Shown here piece by piece: positions 50,532-61,045 of a stretch of 64,000 nt of DNA. Below the pieces are notes generated by a model. That model searched no databases and had not been told where the DNA came from. It saw nothing but the letters and a program-made list of their open reading frames with translations. The number at the start of each line of letters is the position of its first letter. Within the stretch, counting starts at the first letter, position 1. This DNA is from an uncultured Alphaproteobacteria bacterium. GTDB taxonomy: Bacteria; Pseudomonadota; Alphaproteobacteria; ATCC43930; CGMCC-115725. The DNA is taken from contig CAWBFS010000016.1 in the NCBI GenBank assembly GCA_963788085.1, positions 4,639-68,638 on the forward strand, given 5' to 3'. The translations under genes were made by a program, and so were the position numbers.

Positions 50532-51323
50532 CTAGCTCGGCGAAAGCTTCCGCAGAAACCCGGTGCGCTGGGCCGCGCCGGCCGCCATAAAGGCAGCGTC
50601 CTGGCCCGCCAGGATGAAACGCGCGCCCATCTCGATATAGCGCGGCATGATCGTCTCGTTGTAAACGCCCGCCATGCCCGGAAACTTTCCGTGCTTGCGC
50701 GCGGCCGCAATCATCGCCCGATAAGCGTCTGCCACGCGCTCGTTGCCGAAATCCCCGTGGATGCCCATTTCGGCGCACAAATCGTTGGTGCCGATCAGCA
50801 GCACATCGACTCCAGGCACGGCAGCGATCTCTTCGGCATTGGCGATCGCGGTCGGCGTCTCGAGCATGACGACAGTCAGATTGGCGGCGTTGAGTGCGGC
50901 TGAGGCTTCGCCCGAGCTCGCGGAGCGCAGCCCGTAATGCGGCCCGATGCCGCCCATCGAGCGGTGGCCGACTGGCGGATATTTCAGCCGGTTGACGACC
51001 TCGCGGGCTTCGGCCGCGGTATCCACATGCGGCATTACGATGCCGAGCGCGCCATTGTCGAGCGCCCGTGTGGCGATGGCATATTCGCCGTTGGGCACGC
51101 GCGCGATCGGCGCAATGCCGGCATCGAGCGCGGCGGTCGAGATCTGCGCGCAGGCTTCGAGCGACATGACGCCATGCTCCATGTCGAGAAACAGCCAATC
51201 GAAGCCGGCTACCGCCATCGCCTTGGCGATTTCGACGCTGCGCGTCATGCGCACGCCGACCCCGAGTGACAGCTGGCCTTGATCGAGCTTTTCGCGAGCG
51301 GCATTGCGGACGGTAGCGGGCAT
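50532..51323 (-). CDS. HpcH/HpaI-family aldolase (2-keto-3-deoxy-acid aldolase)
   Basis: FDWLFLDMEHG, RVP and MLETP motifs over 263 aa. Confidence 0.85.
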   Translation of the reverse strand: MPATVRNAAREKLDQGQLSLGVGVRMTRSVEIAKAMAVAGFDWLFLDMEHGVMSLEACAQISTAALDAGIAPIARVPNGEYAIATRALDNGALGIVMPHVDTAAEAREVVNRLKYPPVGHRSMGGIGPHYGLRSASSGEASAALNAANLTVVMLETPTAIANAEEIAAVPGVDVLLIGTNDLCAEMGIHGDFGNERVADAYRAMIAAARKHGKFPGMAGVYNETIMPRYIEMGARFILAGQDAAFMAAGAAQRTGFLRKLSPS

Positions 51324-51334
51324 TGGTGGCTCCC

Positions 51335-52811
51335 TTATGTCAATGTGGCGATGGCGGTGGCGATGACGCGGTTCAGACCCGCCAAATCCATCGGATAATC
51401 GGTCTCATTGGCGACCGCTACCGTCAAGCGGTGGCGGCGCAAGATGAAGATGCGCTGGTCCGACGCGCCGGATGCCCAGGCAGTCTCCGGAGGCAGATCC
51501 GGGAACAGGCGGTCGGTGTTGGCGCGGAAGCACGCCGCGTAGCTGGTGCCGGTATGTGTCGGGGTCAGCGCGTAGTCAGCCCATCCGGGCGGCAGCAGGC
51601 GCTCGCCATCCCAGACGCCGTCTTGCAGGTAGAGAACCCCAATCTTGGCGTAATCGCGCAAAGTGGCAAAGCCAGCGCCAGAGGCGATCAGGTTCCCGGC
51701 GATGTCCGCGGAATGCTGATAGCTCGCCATGCCGAGCCGGTCGGCGAGCAAGCCATAGACGGTCCGGTGATACGGCAGGCCGCGGCGCGCGATCTGGTCG
51801 CGGATAACGGCGCCGAGCACATTGGGTCCGGCATTGATGTAGCGGAACACCGATCCCGGGATCGTCGCAACGATCGAGCGCTGCGCCGCCTCGAACGCGT
51901 CAGTCGCGTCCTGATAGACCGAGCTGTTCTCGAACCCGAGCGTCGTCCGCCCGTCTTCGTGTTGCACCGGAAAGCCGAGCCCCGAGCGCATGCGCAAGAG
52001 GTGATCCAATGTGATCAGCCGATGGATCGGCGCGCGGGTCGCGCCACAGCGGCGCCGGTGCCGGATCATAGACCGAGGCGAGCCAGCCCTCATGGATCAA
52101 GCGGCCGAGCAGGGTGCAGGTGATCGCCTTCGTCATGGACCAGCTCGGCGTCGCGCGACCGGCCATGCCGAATGCACTGTAGCGCTCGCATAAGATCCGA
52201 TCCGGCGTCGCGATCAGGATGCCGTAAGCACCGGCCGAGTTGGCGAAGAAATGGTCCAGGGCATCGGCCAGCGCAGAGGGCGCCGGCGGCGGTGTTTCGA
52301 CCGCCGCGCCCAATGGCCACGGGCGCTCGGCATCCGGCAGCTGACGCGCGATCGGCTGCGGATCGAACAGCGGCGCGGGATGCTCGCCCAGCAGAATGCC
52401 GCCATAACCGGGGCGGGCGATCGCCGCGCCCAGCACCGGCTCGCCGAAATCGGGATCGTTCCACACGATCTTGACGCGGCGATCGCCGTGGTCGGTCTCG
52501 ATCGTGATGTCTCCGGCGCGATGGGCCGCTATCAACGGAGCGGGGTCGTCAGCCGCGGGGCGCGAGGCGAGGTCTCCGGGCGCGGCGACCGGCCGCCAGC
52601 GAAAATGCCGGTCGGCCGTCTCGCGATCCAGGCCGCTTACGTAAAGCATGTCGACCATGCGCTTGGCGGCGAAATTCACGGTGCGCTGGCGCAGCGACCG
52701 CGCCGACGCATCGCATACGATCGGATCGGGCGGTCCGGAGCCGAAGGGCTGCGGCGTACGGTCGAAGGTCGGCTCGACCGGCTGCGTCGGAGCCGCAGGT
52801 TCGTTCTTCAT
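51335..52811 (-). pseudogene. Serine hydrolase (beta-lactamase/transpeptidase-like), one frameshift
   Basis: SxxK motif SMTKAITCTLLG in the first piece. The continuation PIHRLITLDHLLRMRSGL...YINAGPNVLG is in another frame, with the change near 52030-52036. Confidence 0.75.
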
Positions 52812-52867
52812 ATAGCCGCCTCCTCATGATGGGCGAAGGATCCCACGGAAATCTTGGAATCCGTGGA

Positions 52868-53054
52868 TTAGCTTCGGGCTTTGGATTTGTTCAGGTTCAC
52901 GGCCGCGCGAATGAGAGTTTTCAACGCCTCCTCGTTTATCTTCTCGCCCTCCCGAAGTCGATGGCACGCCTTGTGTTCCCACAAGACTGGAGTTGAAGAG
53001 GCCCGAGGGATCCTTCAGAGCCGCCCCTTTGGCGAAGGTCATCTTCACGACGTT
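52868..53054 (-). pseudogene. DUF1801 (YdhG-like) gene, C-terminal fragment left of the IS
   Basis: NVVKMTFAKGAALKDPSGLFNSSL, then two more frame changes to NTRRAIDF and REGEKINEEALKTLIRAAVNLNKSKARS*. Confidence 0.7.
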
Positions 53055-54564
53055 TGCGGCGGCTCCGGATTTTTGGACAGCGGGAGAAGCTAAAGGCTGA
53101 CCGGTCCAGAGGGGGCGTGAGACGTGGGCGAAAAGCGGAAGCAGCACAGCGCAGAGTTCAAAGCCTGCCCCGGCGAAGGCCGGGGCGCGGGTGGCGATGG
53201 CGGCGCTTTCGGGGGAGAAGACCCTGGCGGAGCTGTCGGCGGAGTTTGGGGTTCATCCCGATGATGATCAGCAACTGGAAGCAGGAGCTGGTGAAGCGTG
53301 CGGGGGAGCTGTTTGCGCGCGGCAGCAAGGCGCCGGCGGCCGCGGACGCGCAGATAGAGGGTGATCGACGATCTGCACCGCAAGATCGGACAGCTGCAGG
53401 TCGAGTGCGATTTTCTTGCCGGGCAGCCCGCCATCTCCCGATTACTGCGAGGCGGGCGATGATCGCGCCGGGAGCGGGGCTGTCCGTAAGCCGGCAATGC
53501 GCACTGCTCGCGGTGGCGCGCAGCAGCTTCTACTACCGGCCCCGGCCGGACTAAGGGGAGGAACTCGAGCTTCTGGAGCGGCTCGACCGGATTTTTACCA
53601 ATGATCCGGTCTACGGCAGCCGCCGTCTTCAAGTGGCGCTGTTGCGAGGGGGGACATCCGATCGGGCGTCGACGCGTCCGGCGGCTGATGAGAAAGCTCG
53701 GGCTGTGGGCGGTCAGGCCGAAGCGGAACACCAGCAAGCGGCATCCCGGGCACCAGGTCTACCCGTACCTCCTGCGCGGCAAGACGATCGACCGGGCTGA
53801 ACCAAGTGTGGGCTGCTGACATAACCTACATACCGATGCGGCAAGGGTTTTTATACCTGGTTGCGATCATCGACTGGGCGACCCGACGAGTGCTGTCCTG
53901 GCGGCTGTCGAACACGCTCACGGCAGGGTTCTGCGTCGAGGCGCTGAACGAGGCCCTCGTCCGGTTCGGCAAGCCCGGCATCTTCAATACCGATCAGGGG
54001 GCGCAATTCGCCAGCTTTGAGTTCACCCAGATGCTGCGGATCATGGGATCCAGATCAGCATGGACGGACGCGGACGCTGCCACGACAACATCTTTGTCGA
54101 GCCCTTGTGGTGGACGGTGAAGCACGAATGGGTCTACCTGCGACCAGTGGCCGACGGCATCGAACAGAAGCGCAGCCTTGGCGAGTTCTTCGACTGGTAT
54201 AATCTGCGGCGTCCGCATCAGGCACTCGGCTGGCGAACACCGGATGAGGCTTACCTCGGCCAATCGATGGCGGCGACGGCACTGGCCGCCTGACGCGATG
54301 CCGAGGTGGTGCTATGAGTTGTGGACAGTCGGCTGCGCCGATCCCCGCCTACCCGCGCCAGCGCGGTCCCCTCACGACAAGCCGGGGAAAACGCCATGCG
54401 TTTCCCCCACCTTGCCCACAGGTCGGCGGCTGCCCACAAGCTTCACAGCACCCCACAACAAGACAGGATGAATTTGATTTCGGGAAAACCTGAAACCAGC
54501 AGCCGGCTACCGGCCTTTAGCTTATTCCTCCCCGGAAGCTGTCCAAACAACCGGGACGTCGCTA
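53055..54564 (+). mobile_element. IS3-family insertion sequence, degraded, inserted into the DUF1801 gene
   Basis: Inverted repeats TGCGGCGGCTCCGGATTTTTGGACAGC... and ...GCTGTCCAAACAACCGGGACGTCGCTA. It is flanked by the 3-bp direct repeat GTT (53052-53054 and 54565-54567). OrfA (KRKQHSAEFKA...HPMMISNWKQELV...LHRKIGQLQVECDFL) and the DDE OrfB (WAADITYIPM..., NTDQGAQF..., DNIFVEPLWWTVKHE) are both broken by several frameshifts. Confidence 0.85.
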
Positions 54565-54567
54565 GTT

Positions 54568-54798
54568 CTTTCTAGGTCTCGCCCGTGCAAATCATCCCGT
54601 CGCGATACCAGTTGGGACGCCTCGCCATTTCCATTCCTCAACGACGTCGGGCACTGCCTCCTTGATCAAGGTACGGAGCCGGCTCAGCATCTCGCCCCGC
54701 CAATCGCCGAGCTCCTTGATTCTGGCGTTTATCAGCTGAGAGGGAGATTTGCCTTTCTGCGCGACCTGCTCTCACTTCCGGTCCTTCTTTTGCATCAT
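54568..54798 (-). pseudogene. DUF1801 (YdhG-like) gene, N-terminal fragment right of the IS
   Basis: MMQKKDRK*EQVAQKGKSPSQLINARIKELGDWRGEMLSRLRTLIKEAVPDVVEEWKWRGVPTWYRDGMICTGET*K. There is an in-frame TGA near the start, and a TAG (54572-54574) where the family has Tyr of GETYK. Confidence 0.7.
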
Positions 54799-54876
54799 CC
54801 GATCAGGTTGCGTCTGCCTCATCGCCGCCGCGGAAAGCGGGGTCCAAACGTAACCGTGAGGTCGCTTTCCCCTACG

Positions 54877-54894
54877 TTCCCGCCTTCGCGGGAA
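54877..54894. repeat. REP-like hairpin of the GCGGGAATGACG type
   Basis: TTCCCGC-CTTC-GCGGGAA followed by TGACG, a palindrome type I recall as common in alpha/betaproteobacterial intergenic DNA. Confidence 0.4.
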
Positions 54895-55026
54895 TGACGA
54901 ACCAATATGGTCGGAAGCCGACTTGGTCCCGAGGCTAAGACGACGACGAAGTACGACCCCCATCGCAAGCCCGGCCTCCCCGTCACCCAACTCCATGATC
55001 CCAGCTTTCACCCGTTCCGAAGAGCT

Positions 55027-55436
55027 TCAATCTATCCGCGCCAAGACCTGCTCCAGGCCCGCAAAGAACTCTGCCACCCGCCCTTGGCGCCCTCGTAGTA
55101 CTGCGGCTGATCCGGCCGGAAGCCCGACTGCTCCATGCGCAGGTGGGTCCCCGTGCTCGTAGGGGTGAGAATCCAGGTGACGACACTCTCGAGACCATAG
55201 GCCGCCCACGTATAAGACAGCGTTTTGTTCGGCTCGACTGCCAGAACCTGACAGTCGACAGCGCCCCAGTCTGCGCGAAGATCGAAACGGTGACCGACAA
55301 TTGGCTCGAAGTCGTTCTTCATCAGCCACTCCTCGATCAGGTGTGGTTGCGTGAGCGCGCGCCAGATCTTCTCAGGCGGATAAGGGATTTCTCGTTCGAG
55401 AATGACGGAAAGCGCTCCGGTCGCGGGTTTGCTCAT
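55027..55436 (-). pseudogene. SRPBCC / AHSA1-family protein, C-terminal frameshift
   Basis: REIPYPPEKIWRALT...W family N-terminus. After GAKGGW the sensible reading AEFFAGLEQVLARID* is in another frame (change at about 55074). Confidence 0.65.
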
Positions 55437-55756
55437 TGGTCCATCCTTTTGAGTAGGTCTTCGAGGTGGTCGAACCGGCTCTGCCAGAACCCGACCATGT
55501 GGCTTGTCCAGTCAATCAGCGGGGCCAACGCGCCGAGTTGCGCGCTGTAGTGCGTCCGGCGACCTTCATGGCGGTCGCGCACCAGCCCAGCCTGCTTCAG
55601 GACCCCCAGATGCTTCGAGACGGCCGGCTGCGAGACCCCGGACCGAACCGTCAGAGCCCGGACGGTCTGGTCTCCGTCCCGACACAGCCGCTCGAAGATG
55701 GCCCGTCGCGTCGGATCGGCGAGCGTTCTGAAGAGCACATCGTGATCGTTCGGCAT
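55433..55756 (-). CDS. ArsR/SmtB-family transcriptional regulator
   Basis: FRTLADPTRRAIFERL...VSQPAVSKHLGVLKQAGLV wHTH over 107 aa. Its stop overlaps the SRPBCC start (ATGA), the usual ArsR-AHSA1 pairing. Confidence 0.85.
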   Translation of the reverse strand: MPNDHDVLFRTLADPTRRAIFERLCRDGDQTVRALTVRSGVSQPAVSKHLGVLKQAGLVRDRHEGRRTHYSAQLGALAPLIDWTSHMVGFWQSRFDHLEDLLKRMDQ

Positions 55757-55888
55757 TTGGAATCGATAACCTGCAGGTTATTGATTGACGTATAACCACT
55801 GAGATATGTATGGGTCAAGCGGGAGCGTGGAGCGGCAACAATCGGCATCCTCGCTCGTTTGTGTTTGCTTTACTCACATGAGGATTCG

Positions 55889-55917
55889 TTGACAAATTAG
55901 CAAAAGTCTGCTAATAT
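55889..55917 (+). promoter_or_regulatory. Consensus-like sigma-70 promoter with an embedded inverted-repeat operator
   Basis: TTGACA (55889-55894), a 17-nt spacer, TAATAT (55912-55917). The perfect 7-bp arms ATTAGCA-N6-TGCTAAT (55896-55915) occupy the spacer and the -10 element. Confidence 0.5.
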
Positions 55918-56253
55918 TGAGGTTGGCAATGATCGGGAGTTATCGCCGCGGAGCGTGACCGATTATCGCGCTAATTGTCGTCGGGCGCCGCCCACGTTTT
56001 TCAACTCATCGGGAGAACTTAACCTGATATGCACCTGCTAAAACAGGTGGAACAGGTGACAACGTCGGTTTTGGGAAGGACCGGCGGGCGCTGCACCAGC
56101 ATCCGGCGAATGGGGATCACAGAGGCGGTCGGTTTGTTTGTTATTTCGCTGCAAACAACAGCAATAACAGCCGGGAGGGCCGGGGACGACCGGTTGGGAA
56201 GCTACCTAATTCCGTGCTTTTGCCCAAACCGGATCTTTTGATATCGGGGCTCG

Positions 56254-57351
56254 ATGAGAGAACTGGCGCTCGAAGACATTGAGGCGCTGGCGGTCGGCGC
56301 CTGGATCCTCGGCACCGGGGGCGGCGGCAGCCCTTATCTGGGGCTCCTCAACATGCGGCGGCTCTATGCCGAGGGACATCGCGTGTCGCTGATGTCGCCG
56401 CTCGACCTTGCCGACGAAAATTGGGTGGCGGTGGTCTCGAATATGGGGGCGCCGCTCGTCGGCCAGGAGCGGCTCGCCGACAGCCGCAACATCGCCCGCG
56501 CCGTCGAAATCCAGGAAGGGTTGCTGGGATCGAAGTTCCGCGCGGTGATGCCGCTCGAGATCGGCGGCGGCAACGGCATTCAGCCGCTGATGGCGGCGGC
56601 CCATCTCGGGCTGCCGGTCGTCGACGCGGATACGATGGGCCGCGCCTATCCCGAAGCGCAGATGACCAGCGTCGCAGTCGGCGATCTTCGCCCCTATCCT
56701 TGCGTGCTCTACGATCCGCGCGGCATCGAGGCGGTGGTGACCAAGGTGCCGAGCTGGAAATGGATGGAGCGGGTCAGCCGCAAGATCTGCGTCGAGCTCG
56801 GCTCGATCGCCTCGACCTGCAAGGCGCCGCGCACCGGGCGCGAGGTCAAGGATTGGGGCATTCATTTCACTGTGACGAAAGCAATCGGCATCGGCCGGCG
56901 CGTGCGGCAAGCGCAGCGGCGTCACGAGGACCCGGTGGACGCGATCCTCGACGAAGGGCACGGCAAGCTCATCTTCCGCGGCAAGGTCATCGACGTCGCC
57001 CGCCGCACCACGGAGGGGTTTCTGCGCGGCCGGGCGGTGATCGAAGGCCTCGACGAAGACCGCGGGTCGCGGCTCGATATCGCGTTCCAGAACGAATGGG
57101 TCGTGGCTTGGCGCGACGAGGCGCCGATCGCGATGTCGCCCGAGCTGATTTGCGTGCTGGACACCGTATCGGGCGAAGCATTCGGCACGGAAACAATCGG
57201 GTATGGCCGGCGGGTCTCCGTGGTCGTGCTCCCCGCGCCGCCGGTTTTCCTGACGCCGAAGGGGCTCGATCATGTCGGACCGCGCGCCTTCGGTTACGAT
57301 CTCGACTTCCGCTCCGTCTTCGACCAAGGGCGCGTAAGTGATCGCGCGTAA
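56254..57351 (+). CDS. DUF917-family protein (hydantoinase-associated)
   Basis: GAWILGTGGGGSPY and PLEIGGGNG motifs over 365 aa. It precedes and overlaps a hydantoinase-family gene, the usual pairing. Confidence 0.8.
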   Translation: MRELALEDIEALAVGAWILGTGGGGSPYLGLLNMRRLYAEGHRVSLMSPLDLADENWVAVVSNMGAPLVGQERLADSRNIARAVEIQEGLLGSKFRAVMPLEIGGGNGIQPLMAAAHLGLPVVDADTMGRAYPEAQMTSVAVGDLRPYPCVLYDPRGIEAVVTKVPSWKWMERVSRKICVELGSIASTCKAPRTGREVKDWGIHFTVTKAIGIGRRVRQAQRRHEDPVDAILDEGHGKLIFRGKVIDVARRTTEGFLRGRAVIEGLDEDRGSRLDIAFQNEWVVAWRDEAPIAMSPELICVLDTVSGEAFGTETIGYGRRVSVVVLPAPPVFLTPKGLDHVGPRAFGYDLDFRSVFDQGRVSDRA

Positions 57352-58924
57352 GCCGATGCGGCGGATCGGCATCGATGTCGGCGGCACCAATACGGATGCT
57401 GTTATGCTCGAGGACGGGAGGGTGGCGCACGCCGTCAAGACGCCAACCACGCCGGATGTCACCGCCGGCATCGTGACGGCGCTCGCGGAGCTGACGCGCC
57501 GCCCGGAAATCGCGCGCAGCAGGATCGACGGCGTCGTGATCGGCACGACCCATTTCGTCAACGCCGTCGTGCAGCGCCGCGATCTGGCGCGCGTCGCCGC
57601 GGTGCGGATCGGGTTGCCGGCGAGCGCCTCGCTGCCGCCGTTCTGCGACTGGCCCGCGGATCTCGCCGAGCGGGTCCGTGGCGAGGTCTTCATGATCGAA
57701 GGCGGGCACGATTACGACGGCCGGCCAATCGTGCCGTTCGACGAACTCGCCATGCTGCGGGTGGCGCGGCAAATCCGCGCCAGCGGGATTCGGTCGGTAG
57801 CGATCGCCGCAATTTTCTCGCCGCTCGATCCCGGCTGCGAGGAGCGGGCACGGGCGATCCTGTCCGAGGAGTGCCCGGATGTTTCTGTCACAATGTCCCA
57901 CCGGCTCGGCCGCATCGGTCTCCTCGAACGCGAGAATGCTGCGCTCCTCAACGCCGCGCTGATCGATCTCGCTCGGGCGACGATCGCGGGGTTCATCGCC
58001 GCGGTGCGCGGGGTCGCGGCTCCGCTCTATCTGACGCAGAATGACGGGACGATGATGCAGGCCGAGATGGCGGCGGCGCTGCCGGTCATGAGCTTTGCCT
58101 CGGGCGCCACCAACTCGATGCGCGGCGCGGCCTTCCTCTCGGGGCTCACAGACGCAATGGTCATCGATGTCGGCGGCACGACGACCGATATCGGCCAGCT
58201 GCGCCGCGGATTTCCGCGCGAGGCGAACTCGGTCGTCGAAGTGGGCGGCGTGCGCACGTTGTTCCGCATGCCGGATCTGTTGTCGATCGGGCTTGGCGGC
58301 GGGAGCCTCGTCTCGGCCGATCCTCTCTCGGTCGGGCCGCGAAAGCGTCGGTTACCGGCTGATCGAAGAGGGACTGGTCTTCGGCGGCAATACCGATGAC
58401 TGCGACCGATGTCGCGGTCGCAGCCGGCCTCGCTCGAGATCGGCGACAAACGAGCTGTCTCCGATCTCCCGCGCGATCTTGTGCAAAGGGCGCTGGATCT
58501 AACATGGGCAAAAATCGAGGACTCGGTCGACAGGATGAAGACCGATGCTCGCGAATTGCCACTGATCGCCGTAGGCGGCGGCGCGTTCTTGGTGCCCGAC
58601 CGCCTCGCCGGCATCTCGCAAGTGAGCCATGTGCCGCATGGCGACTGCGCCAATGCCGTCGGCGCCGCGATTGCCCAGGTGAGCGGCGAAACCGACCAGG
58701 TCTATCGCGACCTCAGCCGCGAAGAAGCGATAGCGGTGGCCGAAGCGCAGGCGAGAGAACGCGCGATCGTCGCCGGCGCCGAGCGCGGGACGCTCCAAAC
58801 GGTCGATGTCGAAGACATTCCGCTCGCTTATCTGCCGGGCAATGCGCTCAGGGTGCGGGTGCGCGTCGCCGGCGAATTGGCTTCATCGATAAATCAGAGC
58901 GGGTCGAGCCCGGTGTCCCAATAA
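57338..58924 (+). pseudogene. Hydantoinase/oxoprolinase (HyuA-like) family protein, three frameshifts
   Basis: IGIDVGGTNTDAV and VIDVGGTTTDIG motifs. Between about 58335 and 58432 the sensible reading ESVGYRLIEEGLVFGGNT / MTATDVAVAAGLA / LEIGDKRAVSDL steps through all three frames, and the original frame hits TGA at 58397-58399. Confidence 0.8.
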
Positions 58925-58962
58925 AGATAGTCGCGGCCAGCGCGGCTCCTTGCCTGCGTGTA

Positions 58963-59982
58963 TTATCCGTAACCGGGCAAGTGGCGTAAGTTCCGTTGGA
59001 CCGTTGGCTCACCTGGCCGAACGCCGCGAATTCCGTCGACGCGGGAGGTCCGGTACCACTCGTAAGTTTGGCGTATTCCCGCCTCGAGGCTGATGCGCGG
59101 GCACCAGCCGAGCGCGGTCAATTTGGCGACGTCGAGAAGTTTGCGGGGTGTTCCGTCCGGCTTTGAGACATCGTAGACAAACCGTCCCTTAAAGCCGACG
59201 ATGTCTGCGATAAGCTCGGCGAGTTCGGCGATTGTGACATCTGTGCCGGTTCCAATGTTGATCGGCTCCTCGTCCGACCAGGATTTCAGCAAAAAAATCA
59301 CCGCGTCGGCCAAGTCATCGACATGCAGAAACTCGCGGCGAGGCCGGCCGCTGCCCCAGATCTCAACCGTATCCCGGCCTTCCTGGACGGCTGCATCGAT
59401 CTTGGCGAGCAGGGCCGGCAAGACATGGCTGGAGAGCAGGTCGAAATTGTCGTTAGGGCCATAGAGGTTCGTCGGCATGACCGACACGAAATCGCAGCCA
59501 TGCTGGCGGCGGTAAGCCTGGCACAGTTTGAGCCCGGCGATTTTGGCAATCGCATACCACTCGTTGGTCGGCTCGAGCGAGCCAGTCAGCAAGCAGCTTT
59601 CCGGCATCGGCTGCGGCGCGAGGCGCGGGTAAATGCAGGACGAGCCGAGAAACAACAATTTTGCGACGCCAGTGCGCCGAGACGCTTCGATCACATTTGT
59701 CGCGATTGCCAAGTTGTCGTGGAGGAAATCGCCGGGATGGGTGTTGTTGGCATGAATGCCGCCCACCCGCGCCGCGGCGAGCAGCACCGCCTCCGGGCGA
59801 TGCTCGTCGAACCAGCGGTTGACTGCCGGCTGGTCGCGGAGGTCGACCGTATCGCGGCCGACAGTCAAAATCTGGCATTCCTCCTGCCTCAATCGGCGGA
59901 TCAGCGCCGAACCGACCATGCCGCGATGGCCGGCGACGAATATGCGCCGTCCGCTAAGCGGGAAGAGCGTCGGCGACGTCAT
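58963..59982 (-). CDS. fcl: GDP-L-fucose synthase
   Basis: RIFVAGHRGMVGSAL, SSCIYP and YAIAK motifs. It lies immediately downstream of gmd. Confidence 0.88.
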   Translation of the reverse strand: MTSPTLFPLSGRRIFVAGHRGMVGSALIRRLRQEECQILTVGRDTVDLRDQPAVNRWFDEHRPEAVLLAAARVGGIHANNTHPGDFLHDNLAIATNVIEASRRTGVAKLLFLGSSCIYPRLAPQPMPESCLLTGSLEPTNEWYAIAKIAGLKLCQAYRRQHGCDFVSVMPTNLYGPNDNFDLLSSHVLPALLAKIDAAVQEGRDTVEIWGSGRPRREFLHVDDLADAVIFLLKSWSDEEPINIGTGTDVTIAELAELIADIVGFKGRFVYDVSKPDGTPRKLLDVAKLTALGWCPRISLEAGIRQTYEWYRTSRVDGIRGVRPGEPTVQRNLRHLPGYG

Positions 59983-59986
59983 GTCT

Positions 59987-61045
59987 CTAATCCCTTCCCG
60001 CCACCGCGGCGCCTCGGGCGGTGTCGGCAAACCCAGCCTGGTTCACGGTCCGCTCGCGGCGCGCGAGTTCGATATCGTGCTCGACCATCATCTTGACCAG
60101 CTCTGGGAAGCTAACCCGCGGCTTCCAGCCGAGAACGTCGCGCGCCTTGGTCGGATCGCCACACAAGGCATCGACCTCGGTCGGCCGGAAATAGCGGTGG
60201 TCGACCTCGACATGGCGCCGCCAGTCGAGGCCAGCCGCCGCGAAGGCGAGCTCGACCAGATCGCGCACGCGGTGCGCCTCGCCGGTCGCTATGACGTAGT
60301 CGTCGGGGTTTTGCTGCTGCAGCATCAGCCACATCGCCTCGACATAGTCGCCGGTAAAGCCCCAATCGCGCTGCGCTTCAAGATTTCCAAGATAGAGCTT
60401 GTCCTGAAGACCCTGAGTGATCCGGCCGACCGCGCGGGTAATCTTTCGCGTGACGAAGGTCTCGCCACGGCGAGGGCTCTCATGATTGAATAGAATACCG
60501 TTGCAGATGAAAAGGCCGTGGGCTTCGCGGTAGTTGACCGCAAACCAGTGTGCCGCCAGCTTGCTCACGCCATAAGGACTGCGCGGGTAAAACGGGGTCG
60601 TTTCGCTTTGCGGCGGCGGGGCGGCCCCGAACATCTCAGATGAGCCGGCCTGATAATAACGCACCGGGCGGCCACCATGCAGGACATGGTCGCGCACCGC
60701 CTCGACGAGCCGCAGAGTTCCGACGGCGACGACTTCGGCAGTATATTCAGGGATATCGAAGGACACCTTGACGTGGCTCTGGGCGCCGAGGTTGTAGACT
60801 TCGTCGGGGTTCACTGCTTCGAGCACGCGCCGCAGTCCCGTACCGTCGGTGAGGTCGCCATAATGCAAGGTCAGCCTGGGGCCGGCGAGATGCGGATCGT
60901 GGTAAAGGTGATCGATGCGATCGGTATTGAAGAGGCTGGCTCGCCGCATCAGGCCGTGCACTTCGTAACCTTTCGCCAGCAGGAACTCGGTAAGGTAGGA
61001 ACCGTCCTGCCCGGTGATGCCGGTGATCAATGCCCGCGTTTCCAT
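59987..61045 (-). CDS. gmd: GDP-mannose 4,6-dehydratase
   Basis: [19 protein letters not shown] and [17 protein letters not shown] motifs over 352 aa. Confidence 0.93.
   Translation of the reverse strand: METRALITGITGQDGSYLTEFLLAKGYEVHGLMRRASLFNTDRIDHLYHDPHLAGPRLTLHYGDLTDGTGLRRVLEAVNPDEVYNLGAQSHVKVSFDIPEYTAEVVAVGTLRLVEAVRDHVLHGGRPVRYYQAGSSEMFGAAPPPQSETTPFYPRSPYGVSKLAAHWFAVNYREAHGLFICNGILFNHESPRRGETFVTRKITRAVGRITQGLQDKLYLGNLEAQRDWGFTGDYVEAMWLMLQQQNPDDYVIATGEAHRVRDLVELAFAAAGLDWRRHVEVDHRYFRPTEVDALCGDPTKARDVLGWKPRVSFPELVKMMVEHDIELARRERTVNQAGFADTARGAAVAGRD

Noticed and set aside
56029-56241. 70-aa ORF in the leader upstream of the DUF917 gene.
   Set aside because: It has no Shine-Dalgarno, an odd composition, an ATG embedded in a hairpin region and no recognisable family. 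It is more likely non-coding leader.
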